Assembly: GCA_041854545.1 (NCBI GenBank)
Contig: JBHACK010000123.1
Coordinates: forward strand, 1 to 60,755
Reading direction: 5' to 3'
DNA length: 60,755 bases
Source: Acinetobacter sp.
Lineage (GTDB): Bacteria; Pseudomonadota; Gammaproteobacteria; Pseudomonadales; Moraxellaceae
Part shown: positions 10,187-20,273 of the stretch, piece by piece
Numbering within the stretch: the first letter of the stretch is position 1
How the letters are laid out: each line of letters begins with the position of its first letter
Made by a program: the position numbers and the translations under genes
Notes under the pieces: generated by a model
Database searches by the model: none
What the model was told of the DNA's origin: nothing
The model's input: the letters and a program-made list of their open reading frames with translations, nothing else

Positions 10187-13100
10187 ATGTCAAAAATTAC
10201 AGGGCAAAGCGGTTTTGTGTATGACAAAGATGGATTTTTGTCAATTCAAGTCGCTGAACAAGTCAATACAATTGATGATAATGTTGAGCAAATTAAACAG
10301 TTTTTGTTGCAACAACAGCGAATGACTGCACATGATTTAAAGTCGCAGGTAATTCAACAGCAAGCCTTGCAACGTATGGTTGAACAACAAGATGTTCAAA
10401 TTATCAATCATCAACAAATTAGACGTAGTATCGATTCAGTACGCACGATTAGCCAAAATCAAGTGCGAACGTTGGATAATTTGTTAAATGAAAGTAAAAA
10501 ACAAACTTATGCGGTGCAGAAAAGCCATCAAGGGCAAATCATCAATCATAATGCACTAGAAAGGGCAATCAAGGAAAATACTGCAACAACAAGACGTATG
10601 AGAGTGAGTGAGCCAGCTCATCAAGTTAAACATACACATGAACCCAAAGCACATTCTACTAAATCTGTAAACACGGCGAGAGATAGTCAAGGTAGATTTA
10701 CAGCACAACCTGTAAGCCAAGTAAGTAAGCTGGCAGATGCTATACGTCACGCCAATTTTAATATGGGTGATAGCTCATCTATTGACCCTAGTATCGATGC
10801 TATTCGTGAAATAGGTGATTTATTTAGACCTGTAGGTAAGATGGCAAGCCTTGCCTTTAAGCCTTTGTCTGCTATGGCAAAGCTAAGAAAACGTAACGAG
10901 CCATTACCTAAAGAAGAAGTCGAACACAATCGCAAACAAATCAAATTATTAGAGCGTATTGCGGATAATATTTTACGCAGTAAAGATGGTTTATTATCCA
11001 AATTAGCTAGGGCTTTAGGGCTTGGCGGTGCAGGTGGTGGGCTTGATGTTGATATTGGCGGTAAAGGTAAGAAAGGACGGAATACTTCTGGCGAAGGGGT
11101 GAGTTTGCCTGATATGCCTGATAGTGATAAAAATCGCCAAGGGAAAAAGGATAAATGGTATAAAGGTTTAGGAAAGTATGGCAAAGCTGGTGGCTTAGGT
11201 GTTGCCTTAGGTGCGTTAGGTTTCTTGGATTGGAATGAGCAATCTATTCAAGAAAAAGGGGCTACTGTTGGTAATTTTGCAGGGGGTATAGCAGGTTTTG
11301 CAGGCGGTGCAATGGCAGGTGCAACCGTTGGTAGTGTTGTGCCAATTGTGGGAACTACCGCAGGTGCAATTATTGGCGGTATGCTTGGTGGTTGGGGCGG
11401 TGGCTCGTTGGGTGAAGTGGTAGGGGAAAATGTTGCTCCATATATTGACCAATGGACACAAAAACTCATTGCCTACAATCTACCTGAAAAGATGTTGCAT
11501 ACTTTCGCCGTGCCTATGGTGGGTGTGGTAAGTGCTTTATCCACGGCGGTCGGAAGTCTTGGAACACTTGCCAATAATTCTTTTAACGTCATCTCTAATC
11601 ATATCCAAAATGTAGTATCAACCGTTAAAAACCTATCAAGTGAAATTTTTGACAAGGTAAGTAAAGGTGTTGGGCAAGTGTTATCGTCTATGGCGAACCT
11701 TGTACCTGAAAGCGTTAAAAATGTCGCAAGTAATGTTGGTGGTGTGGTTACTGGTGCTTATTCGTCTGCGGTCGGTGCAACCAGTTCTGTTATGGAAAAA
11801 GTGGCAAATGGCTATAATTCTGCTGTTGATTGGACAAGTCGTAATGTGATTGAGCGTGGGGCGAATGCGGTTAATAGTATAAACACTTCAATCAGAGAAA
11901 CTTTAGGCAAGTCTGTTGCTTATACAGGTACTGCCCAAGAGTTGCATAACCAAGCAAAAAGCAAGGGGTTGTTTAAAGGAGCAACAACAGTTGATGGCGG
12001 TTTAGGTCATCAAGGAACGTATGCAGGATTAATGAACTCTAAAAATGTGATTGGTAGCAACTTTAAATGGTCGGCTGCCGTCAATGATGGTTATCACAAG
12101 CGTAAAAGTCCTAACAGTAAACACACTCAAGGACTGGCGTATGATGTTACGTTGAAAGATTTTGGCAATGGTAAGAGTACAAAAGCAGTTCAAGAATTGG
12201 TGAATTACTATCAATCTATGGGCTTAAGCGTATCTGCCAAAGCTCAAGGTTTTAAGGGTGCTTCAAATAAAACAGATGTCATGATTATTGATGAACATTT
12301 ATTCCCTAGTTCTAAATCGACTGGTTCACATCTTCATGTCCAATTCAATAGTAAAGAAAGTGCCAATAAATATTATCAAGCACAAGCAACAGGTATAAAA
12401 GCTAGTCCAACGCTTGAAACTAATGCTCATCAAATGGCTCAAATTCCTATGATGAATACGATGCTGACGGCAGGGCAAAAGGCAGGAATGAGCAATAGTG
12501 CTAAAACCAGTGCAAATATGGCTCAAGCTAAAATGCACCATCAGCTAAAAAATAACAATAAATATGACAGCATTATGTCTGAAGTGTACAGTAAATATGG
12601 TTTTACTGCTCAAGAACAAGCCATACTTAAGACCCAAATTGCACAAGAAAGCCGTTTTGACCCTACTGCTCGTTCTCATGTAGGTGCGATGGGCTTGGCT
12701 CAAATTATGCCAGCTACGGCTAAACAATTTGGTGTTTCTAATGCTTATGACCCACGCCAAGCAATTGAAGGACAGGCGAAAATCATGAGAGATTTGCTAA
12801 AGCATAGCGGTGGTAATTGGAATCAAGCATTAGCATTCTATAATGCAGGAAAAGGCTCAACCGATGCAAATACTCGATTTAATAAAGTAATGGGTTATAA
12901 AGAAACTCGTCAATATGTGGAAAATATTTTAGCCAATGTGCCTAATATATCCTTAAATGGCGTAACTGGACAAATTGCTCAAACAATGGGAGATACAGCA
13001 AGCCAAGTTGCAAGTATGTCCACAGGTGCAGTAGGAGCAATGGCAGGATTGGCAGGTATGGCAGGAGCAGGGATAGCAGGTATGGTAAATCCATTGCTAT

Positions 13101-13342
13101 TGTTACCTTTTGGGGAAGTTAAGGCACGTTATGGTACAGCTAAGGTAACTCAACCGCCAAGCCTACCATCACCGCCCAAAGCAAACGATTTACAGGTGGC
13201 AAGTGTCAAAGAGCCACTTAATACAGCCAAACCACTAGAAGTTAAAGTAACCAATACATCAAACGAAATTATTGGGCAAAATATTAGCGATAGAACGCTT
13301 GCTCATGCGATTACTGGCGGTGTTGGTGAGCGTATTGTTTAG
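10187..13342 (+). CDS. Tape-measure/structural lytic transglycosylase (P1 Sit-like) with an additional M15-type peptidase domain
   Basis: Gly/Ala-rich TM segments; SLT motifs QESRFDP..RS.VGAMGLAQIMPATA and YNAG...ETRQYV; SKH..GLAYD...HLH Zn motif. Confidence 0.8.
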   Translation: MSKITGQSGFVYDKDGFLSIQVAEQVNTIDDNVEQIKQFLLQQQRMTAHDLKSQVIQQQALQRMVEQQDVQIINHQQIRRSIDSVRTISQNQVRTLDNLLNESKKQTYAVQKSHQGQIINHNALERAIKENTATTRRMRVSEPAHQVKHTHEPKAHSTKSVNTARDSQGRFTAQPVSQVSKLADAIRHANFNMGDSSSIDPSIDAIREIGDLFRPVGKMASLAFKPLSAMAKLRKRNEPLPKEEVEHNRKQIKLLERIADNILRSKDGLLSKLARALGLGGAGGGLDVDIGGKGKKGRNTSGEGVSLPDMPDSDKNRQGKKDKWYKGLGKYGKAGGLGVALGALGFLDWNEQSIQEKGATVGNFAGGIAGFAGGAMAGATVGSVVPIVGTTAGAIIGGMLGGWGGGSLGEVVGENVAPYIDQWTQKLIAYNLPEKMLHTFAVPMVGVVSALSTAVGSLGTLANNSFNVISNHIQNVVSTVKNLSSEIFDKVSKGVGQVLSSMANLVPESVKNVASNVGGVVTGAYSSAVGATSSVMEKVANGYNSAVDWTSRNVIERGANAVNSINTSIRETLGKSVAYTGTAQELHNQAKSKGLFKGATTVDGGLGHQGTYAGLMNSKNVIGSNFKWSAAVNDGYHKRKSPNSKHTQGLAYDVTLKDFGNGKSTKAVQELVNYYQSMGLSVSAKAQGFKGASNKTDVMIIDEHLFPSSKSTGSHLHVQFNSKESANKYYQAQATGIKASPTLETNAHQMAQIPMMNTMLTAGQKAGMSNSAKTSANMAQAKMHHQLKNNNKYDSIMSEVYSKYGFTAQEQAILKTQIAQESRFDPTARSHVGAMGLAQIMPATAKQFGVSNAYDPRQAIEGQAKIMRDLLKHSGGNWNQALAFYNAGKGSTDANTRFNKVMGYKETRQYVENILANVPNISLNGVTGQIAQTMGDTASQVASMSTGAVGAMAGLAGMAGAGIAGMVNPLLLLPFGEVKARYGTAKVTQPPSLPSPPKANDLQVASVKEPLNTAKPLEVKVTNTSNEIIGQNISDRTLAHAITGGVGERIV

Positions 13343-13343
13343 C

Positions 13344-13383
13344 GGAATCATAGAAAAAAGCCTATGTGTAAATTGTGTATGAT
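13344..13383 (+). promoter_or_regulatory. Late-promoter motif GGAA-N30-TATGAT
   Basis: Upstream of darA. Confidence 0.75.
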
Positions 13384-13412
13384 GACAGTATTGTTTTTTT
13401 ATTAGAGATAAC

Positions 13413-15935
13413 ATGATGTCAAATACACAATATCTACCTTTAGGCTTTACTTTAATTAAACCAGCTCATAGTACATTTAATACTTTTGATAGTGTACATA
13501 GTACAGGGGATTGTGCAGTAGGCAAGATTCACGGCGAACAACGGAATATGCACGCCTTAGTTGTTGAAAATGCCACAGATTATGCTGATTGGACAATTGT
13601 TGAATTAAGCGGTAAAGATAGCACAGGTCAAATGATGTTTGACAGTATCGCCGTGTATGGTGCATTTGATGATATGCACGCTAAAATTTATGCCACAAAT
13701 ACAGGGGCAAAGTTGTTAGGTATGTTCGATAGTGTGGCAGGTGATGTTGTGCATTCAAATCAACATGGCTTACAACGTGCCTTGAATACTGCAACAGGAT
13801 TTAATCCTAAAAAGCCTATCCCATCATGGTATATCGATAAAATGCAAGATGTGCTTAGTGGTGAAAAGGTCATGTGGGATAGTGTTACATTAAAATCTCA
13901 CGGCGGTCGTTTAGATAATTTGTTGCTTGATATGCAACGTCATGATGATAATTGTGCTTTGGTAGAGCAGTTTGATAGCGTAGAACAAGTATTAGCCCAA
14001 TATGATGATATTGAGATAATGGCGTATGATGGCGTATTCATGACCTATTCTCAATTAGAGAAGTTTGCTAAACGGTTACATTTAGCAATGGATAATGCTT
14101 CAAAGGCAAGTAAAGTACAAGTAAAAGATGTTAAAGTATCCGACCCTTTTAAACGTCAAGGCATGGCACAAATCTTCGTTTTGTACACTTTAGACGATGG
14201 TCAAAGCGTAACAGTATTTTTACATAACCCTGACAGCACACCAGAACAAATGCAAGCCAATGATGTATTGATTGCATGGAAATGGGTGTTAAATGGTCGT
14301 GATGTAACAGGTGCGGTACAATCCACAGTACACGAAAATGGCAATACTGGAGCAAATGTAAATATCTTAGCTGGTCGCATTATGCAATTAGTGGACAAGA
14401 ACTCAGCACGTTTTAAGCGTACACAAGCGAAAAAAGAGCAACAGAAACAGGAGCTTGAACTGGCTCAACAGCGTGTAACAGAAAAACAAGCAATGCTTGA
14501 TAAATTAAATCAAGATATTGAGTTGTTGCAACAAAAATTAGATGAATTGCAAGGCTTACCTAAAGCACAAACGCAATATTCAGCAGATAACCCATACGCT
14601 CAATACGCTTCACATGATGAAGAAGTCAAGAAGAATGCTGACGATTGGGAACAGCGTAAACCTTTGACTGAAGAAATGCTATCAGAACTCAATCGAAAAG
14701 CTGAAGAGCAAGGTTTTACAACCTATATCGAAAATCATCATGCTTCACTTGGTCGATTCCAAGCAGAAAAAGAAGTAGGGAATCGTAAAGCTGAAATTGA
14801 TGGTCGTTTTAAAAATGGCGGTGAAAGTTCATTTGAAGAGCCAAGAGATTTTGCATTATCACTTTTACAAGATGGTGAATATGAAGAATATGCGTATGGC
14901 AATGATTTAGATGAATTGTTAGAAAAAGCGAATCAATGGTTAAATCAAGAGCCAAGTACGCTTGAAAATGAACCGCAAAAACCATCTCAAGTCAATGCAG
15001 GAACAGAGTTTACCACTCGTTTTGGTAACGATGTATTCATTATGCCTGATTATGAAGAAAGAAAAGCAACCTTATTGAATGCTTATAAGCAGTTTTTAGA
15101 AAAGCGTGATGACAAACAAAAAGGACTTAGTGAGCTTTTAAAGCGTTCTCAAAGTGATATTAATGAACATGAAAACAAGATTAAACATGAAGAGAGTATG
15201 CAAGAAGATTTGCAAGACGTAAATTTATTACAATATCACCGCATTCATCTAAAAGCTATCCAAGATGCCTTATCAGAATTAACTAAGTTTGTTCGAGAAC
15301 CATCTCAAGGTGCAGAGCCACAGCCTGAACCTACTCAACAGAATAGCGAACCAAGCCAAGAGCTATCATTAGATGAACTAAAAGAGCAATACAAAACACG
15401 ATTAAAGAATAAAGATTTTGAGTGGTTGGAAAACAATGCTAATCAATTAAAAGATATTTTTGGTGAGCGTATTGCTGAAGTAAAAGCGTATTTGCGTAAA
15501 GTTGGTTTTGTTAGTGATGGCGAAAATAGAATGCAAATAGGCGAATTTGGCGAGAAGAAATACGCCTTAATCCATATTGATGGTCATGCTGATTTTGGCT
15601 GGTGGACGACTTATAACATTGATGGAGCAGGTGGTAAAGGAATTGAAGACTTGCTAGATACAGAACCACAAGACCTTGCTAAGCAGATTTTTCAGCGTTA
15701 TCAAGAGTTGGTTTTAGGATTGTCTCAAAGTGATGTAGAGCCACAATCTAATAGTAAATACTCGCAATCCGATATTGATTACCTAAATAGCGTTATCAAT
15801 AAAACTATCAACCTAGAGACGGTAGATATGGATAAAATTATTGAAATTGGAGAAAAGGACGAAAATGACCCATTGTTTGAGCAAGCATTGCAAGTCATTA
15901 ATGATTACACAGATGAAATGACAAAAGATATTTAA
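13413..15935 (+). CDS. darA: DarA-like defence-against-restriction internal head protein
   Basis: PFKR.G.AQ...L.DGQSVTVFLHNPDSTP...WKWVLNGRDVT (DarA N-domain) followed by a coiled coil. Confidence 0.75.
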   Translation: MMSNTQYLPLGFTLIKPAHSTFNTFDSVHSTGDCAVGKIHGEQRNMHALVVENATDYADWTIVELSGKDSTGQMMFDSIAVYGAFDDMHAKIYATNTGAKLLGMFDSVAGDVVHSNQHGLQRALNTATGFNPKKPIPSWYIDKMQDVLSGEKVMWDSVTLKSHGGRLDNLLLDMQRHDDNCALVEQFDSVEQVLAQYDDIEIMAYDGVFMTYSQLEKFAKRLHLAMDNASKASKVQVKDVKVSDPFKRQGMAQIFVLYTLDDGQSVTVFLHNPDSTPEQMQANDVLIAWKWVLNGRDVTGAVQSTVHENGNTGANVNILAGRIMQLVDKNSARFKRTQAKKEQQKQELELAQQRVTEKQAMLDKLNQDIELLQQKLDELQGLPKAQTQYSADNPYAQYASHDEEVKKNADDWEQRKPLTEEMLSELNRKAEEQGFTTYIENHHASLGRFQAEKEVGNRKAEIDGRFKNGGESSFEEPRDFALSLLQDGEYEEYAYGNDLDELLEKANQWLNQEPSTLENEPQKPSQVNAGTEFTTRFGNDVFIMPDYEERKATLLNAYKQFLEKRDDKQKGLSELLKRSQSDINEHENKIKHEESMQEDLQDVNLLQYHRIHLKAIQDALSELTKFVREPSQGAEPQPEPTQQNSEPSQELSLDELKEQYKTRLKNKDFEWLENNANQLKDIFGERIAEVKAYLRKVGFVSDGENRMQIGEFGEKKYALIHIDGHADFGWWTTYNIDGAGGKGIEDLLDTEPQDLAKQIFQRYQELVLGLSQSDVEPQSNSKYSQSDIDYLNSVINKTINLETVDMDKIIEIGEKDENDPLFEQALQVINDYTDEMTKDI

Positions 15936-15947
15936 TAGGGGTGTAGT

Positions 15948-16703
15948 ATGTTACAAGGTTTAGCAAAAGCGAAAGCATTAAAAGAACTTAAGCAGTTACA
16001 CACTCAAAAAGAAAGCCTAAAAGGGCTTTCCCTTGCCAAAGCCTTAAAACGCATTCATGAATTGCGTAAAGATTTGGGAATGGGTAAAAAACAGGATACA
16101 GCTACCGCCGTGTCTGAATACGTTGATACGCTTATCTTTAACCAAGACCGCAAAATGTTATTGGTGCAACGTCATGCCCAAGATGACTTTATGCCAAATA
16201 AATGGTGGTTTGTAGGTGGTAAATTAGAACACGGCGAAACTGTGGAGCAAGGGGCGATTCGTGAACTTAAAGAAGAGACTGGTATTAAATTACCATCTCT
16301 CACCCTTGTTGAAAAGAAAACGTTTGACAATGGTAGTATTTCGCACCGCTTTATTGGGACTGTGCAAAATGATGTAGTGATTCATCTTGCTAAAGACGAA
16401 TTACAGGATTATCGTTGGGTAAGTATTGATGAATTATCGCAGTTTGATTTAGTTGGAAATTTATCTGATTTACAATCATTGTCCAAACAGTCTTTAGACT
16501 TGTTGGGTGATGATAATAAAGTTACCAATAATACCGTATCCAATCCTTTATATGACAGCATTCTGAATCATGAAAAGTCGATTGATTTAGATGTTTTGTT
16601 GAACGTGCAAAAGGAAATAGACCAAGACCCTAACCATTATCAAATTAATGACGTGTTGGACGAATTAGAGAAACAAGCTAGAGAGATTGGCTTGATGATT
16701 TAA
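15948..16703 (+). CDS. NUDIX hydrolase with a DdrA-like N-terminus
   Basis: Nudix box GGKLEHGETVEQGAIRELKEETG; helical N-terminus ending in LGMG; directly after darA. Confidence 0.8.
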   Translation: MLQGLAKAKALKELKQLHTQKESLKGLSLAKALKRIHELRKDLGMGKKQDTATAVSEYVDTLIFNQDRKMLLVQRHAQDDFMPNKWWFVGGKLEHGETVEQGAIRELKEETGIKLPSLTLVEKKTFDNGSISHRFIGTVQNDVVIHLAKDELQDYRWVSIDELSQFDLVGNLSDLQSLSKQSLDLLGDDNKVTNNTVSNPLYDSILNHEKSIDLDVLLNVQKEIDQDPNHYQINDVLDELEKQAREIGLMI

Positions 16704-16716
16704 TTTTTTCAGCATT

Positions 16717-16751
16717 AAGTCCCTTGCATTGAAAAATGTAAGGGATTTTTT
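16717..16751 (+). terminator. Rho-independent terminator
   Basis: TCCCTTGCATT-GAAA-AATGTAAGGGA followed by a T tract. Confidence 0.8.
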
Positions 16752-16755
16752 ACTT

Positions 16756-16794
16756 GGAACATGACAAAAAGGGGGTTTTTGCAACTGTCATAAT
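16756..16794 (+). promoter_or_regulatory. Late-promoter motif GGAA-N29-CATAAT
   Basis: Upstream of the capsid gene. Confidence 0.7.
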
Positions 16795-16812
16795 AATCAT
16801 ATCGTTTATCTT

Positions 16813-18633
16813 ATGATGAGAAATGTCTATATGAACAATGAATTTGACAAACAACAAGCGGAAATCAGCCAAGCGACAGCGGAATGCCAAGCATTTTTTG
16901 GTTCAATGTTGAACAAGAAAGATGTAAATGCTTTTGACAGCATTAGCCAAAACCAAGTCGAAAAAATGCCAAAAGTAGTACAAGCATTTTTTGACAGTGC
17001 AATTATTCCTGAAGAAAAACGTAGCTACTTAGAAAAAGCGATTCAAGCTGGTATCAAAGAATATGCTTACCGCAATGGCGGAGATATGCCATCTGCTCAA
17101 AATATCACATCAGCCTTGTATGCTGGTTTAAATACAGGTCATTACTATAAAAATGCTTTTGATTCTGCATCAGATTTAAGTCGTCATATTTCTGAAACTG
17201 AAAAGAAATTTTTTGATAGTGCGGTCGCTAATGGCAATTTCGACCAAACCGCTATTGTACCTGCTTTAACTGTTGTAACGATTGCCAACGTTATTGCTAG
17301 TTCTTCGCCTTTAATCTCGTTAATTCCAAATATTAACAAGTCTAAACGTGTGCCATTGGCGTATGTTCGCTTAACTACAGACCGTAACCATTTAGCGATG
17401 AAAAAAGGTGAATTTTTAGACGGTTCGCAAGTGGCAATGCCTTATGTTGAAGGTCGTTATGCAGTAGCAATGCAACTGGAAAGCGGTAGTACTTATAAAG
17501 CAGTATCTCACAGCGTGTATTCTGACTTTGATAAAAAGCTCATGGATACCAATAGCAAAAAAATACCATTCTTAAGTGCCAATGTATCTATCCGTTTAAA
17601 TGGTATTGAAATTGCTCACACTCGCAATGAGCATGAAAATAGTACACAAAAAGGTATTGTTTCAGCAAAAATTAAAAAGGCAAAAGTTACCATTGCTGGT
17701 GTGGAATATAGTGTTGTTTCTGCAAATGCAAATATGGATGAACGTTCAGTAAGCGTTCAATTTGACAAAGCATTGCCTGATACTGGTGTATTGTTATTAG
17801 CTCACTTGACGATTGATTATGATGCAAAAGATGAAAACAATAATTTCATCAACTATCCAGCTGGTGTGGCTCAATCTGTTACATGGGATAGCATTCAGTC
17901 CGCTCCTGACCAATTCGGCGTAACGTTGTTGCGTACATTGATTAATCAATTTGTCAATGAAATCAATTTAGGTTTATTGGCGACCGCAATGTCAATGTTA
18001 CAAGGTAAATACTTCCTTGAACAAACGTGCCGTTTATATCGTGATGCCAAAACAATCGCCCAATACAATCAAGACAAGATTTATCAGTTTGATATGTCTC
18101 GTGGTTCGATTGGTAATATTTCGGCGGCGACAAATACAACTGGCGAATTGATGGCTGAAATCTTCAAAGTTGTAGATATTGCAAAATCAGACATGATTAA
18201 GAAGACTGCTGGAGCAACCGTTTCAGTCAATATCTTGGTTAGCGATAATGTAAAACACTTACTCGCAACTTTACCGCCGGATAAATATGTACAAACAGGT
18301 GCAAGTGCAAAATATCATGAAATCGTGCGTGTAGGTACATTGTCTAATGGCATGGATGTTTATCATACGCCAAGTGAGCATGGTATTATTACCGAAGGCA
18401 ATAACACAGCAGAAATTATGATGATGGGGATTGCTAACGAACCTGCCAAATCTCTTTTTGTGGGGACGATTGTAGAAGCTCCAGTTATGGAACGAATGCA
18501 AGTCGATACTCGTGAAATCACTATGATGGCTCATTTAGACATGGTGGCAGATGTAAACCCTAATGAATATTATGCACAACAAGTGGCGTTGATTGAATTG
18601 ATTAATTTGCCAACTTTATCAACTAATAAATAA
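16813..18633 (+). CDS. Major capsid protein (P1 gp23-like)
   Basis: ~600 aa, own promoter and terminator, N-terminal prosegment with four FDS motifs, P1-capsid-like C-terminal VNP..YAQQVALIE..NLP; likely start 16831. Confidence 0.75.
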   Translation: MMRNVYMNNEFDKQQAEISQATAECQAFFGSMLNKKDVNAFDSISQNQVEKMPKVVQAFFDSAIIPEEKRSYLEKAIQAGIKEYAYRNGGDMPSAQNITSALYAGLNTGHYYKNAFDSASDLSRHISETEKKFFDSAVANGNFDQTAIVPALTVVTIANVIASSSPLISLIPNINKSKRVPLAYVRLTTDRNHLAMKKGEFLDGSQVAMPYVEGRYAVAMQLESGSTYKAVSHSVYSDFDKKLMDTNSKKIPFLSANVSIRLNGIEIAHTRNEHENSTQKGIVSAKIKKAKVTIAGVEYSVVSANANMDERSVSVQFDKALPDTGVLLLAHLTIDYDAKDENNNFINYPAGVAQSVTWDSIQSAPDQFGVTLLRTLINQFVNEINLGLLATAMSMLQGKYFLEQTCRLYRDAKTIAQYNQDKIYQFDMSRGSIGNISAATNTTGELMAEIFKVVDIAKSDMIKKTAGATVSVNILVSDNVKHLLATLPPDKYVQTGASAKYHEIVRVGTLSNGMDVYHTPSEHGIITEGNNTAEIMMMGIANEPAKSLFVGTIVEAPVMERMQVDTREITMMAHLDMVADVNPNEYYAQQVALIELINLPTLSTNK

Positions 18634-18641
18634 TTAGGTGC

Positions 18642-18674
18642 AAAGCCGTAAGGTTTAGGCTTTACGGCTTTTTT
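18642..18674 (+). terminator. Rho-independent terminator
   Basis: AAAGCCGTAA...TTACGGCTTT followed by a T tract. Confidence 0.8.
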
Positions 18675-18683
18675 GTGAAATAG

Positions 18684-18917
18684 GTGAGTGTGATGACAGT
18701 AAGCAATGATTCGTGGCAATTAGTGGTGAAAAATCATCATCATTTGCCTTTCTATGAAAGCTATAGCGGTCAAAGATTAAAGGCAAATAGCACAACAACA
18801 ATTCGACTGCCTAATGCCAAAGCATTTGAGCAAGTTAAATTAAATATTTCACATATTGCTGAATTTAAAGATTTAGAAATCATTTCGGAAAGCGAACCAT
18901 GCAAAAAAATTATTTAG
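18684..18917 (+). CDS. Small virion-associated protein
   Basis: Follows the capsid gene; similar to the next ORF (V.N...YE.Y....L.A..ST....V..N). Confidence 0.55.
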   Translation: MSVMTVSNDSWQLVVKNHHHLPFYESYSGQRLKANSTTTIRLPNAKAFEQVKLNISHIAEFKDLEIISESEPCKKII

Positions 18918-19186
18918 ATAATGGTGTAGAGTACCGTTTTAGCGTGCAAAACAATTCAAGCCGTGCGATGTACGAACCATACACAAAAACACTTTTACCA
19001 GCTTACAAAAGCACTGATTTTACGATTGTAGGTGAGCTTGCATATAACAGCGTGGTAAAGAATTTACAACAATTAGCTCAGTTGCATAAATCAACAGGTT
19101 TTGACTTTGACATCAATCAAATTGAAGTGCAGACCAGTCAAGCTACTACTGCAGATAGCAAAATCATTATCACTGTACAAGAATAG
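18899..19186 (+). CDS. Small virion-associated protein, paralogue of the previous ORF
   Basis: Shared motif with 18684..18917. Confidence 0.55.
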   Translation: MQKNYLDNGVEYRFSVQNNSSRAMYEPYTKTLLPAYKSTDFTIVGELAYNSVVKNLQQLAQLHKSTGFDFDINQIEVQTSQATTADSKIIITVQE

Positions 19187-19196
19187 GCGGTGAATC

Positions 19197-19739
19197 ATGG
19201 CTAAAGGTTTTAATTTAACTGAATTAAACGATAAACACTCTTATGTTAAGCGTTTAGTTAAAGATTTGGAAAAGGCGGTAGGTCAAAAAGTGGCAATTAC
19301 TACCGTTGCTAAAGTCAAACGCACGTCAGGGGTGAGTACTACGCCTATTACTTTTGTATTTGATGGCGGTCAGTCTTTAGAGATTTTTGTGCGTTCTCAA
19401 GGCGATGTAATTAAAGCAACGCTTAATGGCAAGGTTTTTGCGATTGTAGGGGATTTGAATAATAGTTTTGATGACCATTATAAAATTGCCATTGATACAA
19501 TTTCAGAAAAAATTACAAGTGGGCAAAAAGCATTTGAAGCCAATTTAACTAAAGTAAAAATCACTCCGCCAAAAAGTAAAAACAGCTCGCCTAAAACTAA
19601 AAACTCAGTTAGCAAGCAGTTGCAAGTTTTAGGTGAACAAGAAAAACAGCTTGATGAAGAAATCAAAAAACGTCAAGCCGTCCATGATGATTTAAGGCAA
19701 AAACTTGAAGTTGCTACTGTACAAGCAGGTGTGCGTTAG
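19197..19739 (+). CDS. hdf: Hdf-like protein (DarA N-terminal homologue)
   Basis: KRTSGV....F.FDGGQSL...GDV....LNGK motif plus C-terminal coiled coil. Confidence 0.65.
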   Translation: MAKGFNLTELNDKHSYVKRLVKDLEKAVGQKVAITTVAKVKRTSGVSTTPITFVFDGGQSLEIFVRSQGDVIKATLNGKVFAIVGDLNNSFDDHYKIAIDTISEKITSGQKAFEANLTKVKITPPKSKNSSPKTKNSVSKQLQVLGEQEKQLDEEIKKRQAVHDDLRQKLEVATVQAGVR

Positions 19740-19757
19740 TTTTTTTAGGGGCAGTAT

Positions 19758-20078
19758 ATGAAACGCAATGAATACGGCATGTATGAACACGATTTTACGC
19801 ATTATCGTGGAGATACGTTTGAAGAGTTTATTGAAACTCAAGGTATCGATGTTCAAGGCACAACGTTTACTATGCACATTGCTCCTAATTCTGGCGATAT
19901 TATCGAACCGCTTATTGAGAAGTTGAGCGATGGTATTCGCATTAAGCTATTGCCTGAAATGACTCGTGATGTAGAGTGGACAAATGCTCGTTACGATTTA
20001 CAGACAACAGATGCAAGCGGTGCGGTTAAAACTGTTTTAAAAGGCAATTTCAAGCTATTAAAGGACGTTACACGGTAA
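19758..20078 (+). CDS. BppU-like Ig-fold virion protein
   Basis: YRGDTF...YDLQ.T...G.VKTVL.G.F.L..DVTR. Confidence 0.65.
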   Translation: MKRNEYGMYEHDFTHYRGDTFEEFIETQGIDVQGTTFTMHIAPNSGDIIEPLIEKLSDGIRIKLLPEMTRDVEWTNARYDLQTTDASGAVKTVLKGNFKLLKDVTR

Positions 20079-20263
20079 TGTTAGTTCTACATCTTGGAGA
20101 TAAGCCTTGCAATAAAGAAAAGTTATTGATTAAACAAGACCAAGACCCACGCATTGTTATCTATAACGAAGCTGTCGCAAATGGCTATACAGGTACTTTT
20201 GAAGAGTTTTTTGGGCAATTATTTAAAGATAAGGCAAATATATTAGACCAAGCAGATTGGTAG
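20078..20263 (+). CDS. Hypothetical virion protein
   Basis: YNEAVANGYTGTFEEF motif common in phage fibre proteins. Confidence 0.55.
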   Translation: MLVLHLGDKPCNKEKLLIKQDQDPRIVIYNEAVANGYTGTFEEFFGQLFKDKANILDQADW

Positions 20264-20273
20264 GAGTTTTATA

